NCBI RefSeq assembly: GCF_902713615.1
Contig: NC_052149.1
Location: 67,445,443-67,509,442 of the forward strand
Direction: 5' to 3'
From: Scyliorhinus canicula
Lineage: Eukaryota
Length of the DNA stretch: 64,000 bases
Position numbers and translations under genes: made by a program. The notes under the pieces were generated by a model. The model was not told the origin of the DNA and ran no database searches. It worked only from the letters and a program-made list of their open reading frames with translations. This document shows, in pieces, positions 63,081 to 64,000 of the stretch (positions within the stretch are counted from its first letter, which is position 1; each line of letters opens with the position of its first letter).

Positions 63081-63850
63081 GGAACATCATTGGTGAAATA
63101 GTTGAAGATGGTTAGGCCTCGGACATTCCTGCGGCGATGTCCCGGAACAGAAATGATTGACCTCCAACAACCACAAGCACTTTCTTCTGTGCTAGCTATT
63201 ACTTCAGTCAGTGGCGAGTTTTTCCCTGATTCCTGTTGACTTCAGTTTTGCTAGGGCCCCTTGATATCAGACTTGGTCAAAATGTCAGGGACAGTTATTC
63301 TCACATGCTATGTTTCCGAGTCAGGGTGGTGTGTAGCTTGAAGGGAAACTTGCAGGTGGTGTTCCCTGTATTTTCCCTGTATTTTCCACCCTTGTCCTTT
63401 AGAGCTCACTCACAGGTTTGGAAGGTATTGTCAAAGGCGTTTTGGTAACTTACTGCAGTGCTTCTTGTAGAGGGTACACACTGCCACCACTTTACACTTT
63501 TCAGCATACCTGTTCATTTTTAGATCAAGTTTGTAATGAGGTCAAGAGCTGAATGGCCCTGGTGGAACCTTAACTGACCATCAGGGAGCGAGCTATTGCT
63601 AAGCAACTGTCGCTTGATGTTGACTGCACCTTGCATCACTTGACTGATGATTGAGAGTAGACTGATATGGTGGTAATTTGCTGGGTTGAATTTGTCCTGC
63701 TTTTTGTGGACAGGGCATATGTGAGCAATTTTCCATATTGTTGGATAGGTGCCAGTGTTGTAGCTGCACCGAGCACAAGACTTCAACACTGTTGTCGGAA
63801 TGATTTTAGGACCCATAGCCTTATTTATTATGCCCAAACCTGGCATGATT
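63081..63850 (-). mobile_element. CR1-clade LINE (second family) fragments
   Basis: ORF 63520-63846 'WKIAHICPVHKKQDKFNPANYHHISLLSIIS..QLRFHQGHSALDLIT'. Confidence 0.8.
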
Positions 63851-63935
63851 AAAAAAAATATATATTTTTGTTGAAAGCAATTCTAGATTTTTTACAAAAT
63901 GCAAAGCACCCATTTCAACCAAAACATTTAAAAAA

Positions 63936-64000
63936 GCACAGTGGTTAGCACAGTTGCTTCACCGGTCCTGGTCCCAGATTCGATTCCCAGCTTGGGTCAC
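63936..64000 (+). mobile_element. HE1 SINE head, cut by the window edge
   Basis: 'gcacagtggttagcacagttgcttcac..ttcgattcccagcttgggtcac'. Confidence 0.8.

Overview
Eukaryotic, repeat-dominated vertebrate DNA. The repeat inventory (V-domain HE1-type tRNA SINEs with CR1/HER1 tails, Deu-domain and AmnSINE2-like SINEs, CR1, L2, Rex/Babar and Penelope remnants) points to a cartilaginous fish, probably a catshark such as Scyliorhinus; this is inference from remembered consensus sequences, not a search. I can support no intact protein-coding gene. The only long protein-like ORFs belong to a disabled, 5'-truncated CR1 LINE ORF2 (60076-63080) and to several decayed PIF/Harbinger two-gene elements (HARBI1-type DDE transposase plus Myb/SANT partner). 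The window also holds about 28 HE1-type SINE copies or fragments with three interchangeable 3' tails, four solo LTRs, and a family of CpG-rich Harbinger-type MITEs (GGGCGGGATTCTCC termini, 3-bp TSDs) carrying NRF1/CRE-like palindromes. One MITE (51732-54035) is a 2.3-kb foldback element with opposed G-run minisatellite arrays. A degenerate minimal hammerhead-ribozyme motif lies at 9983-10016 (-). A few well-bounded micro-exon candidates on the + strand suggest the window may be intronic to an unidentified long gene (low confidence). Boundaries of decayed repeats are approximate; TIR, TSD and LTR boundaries were read directly.
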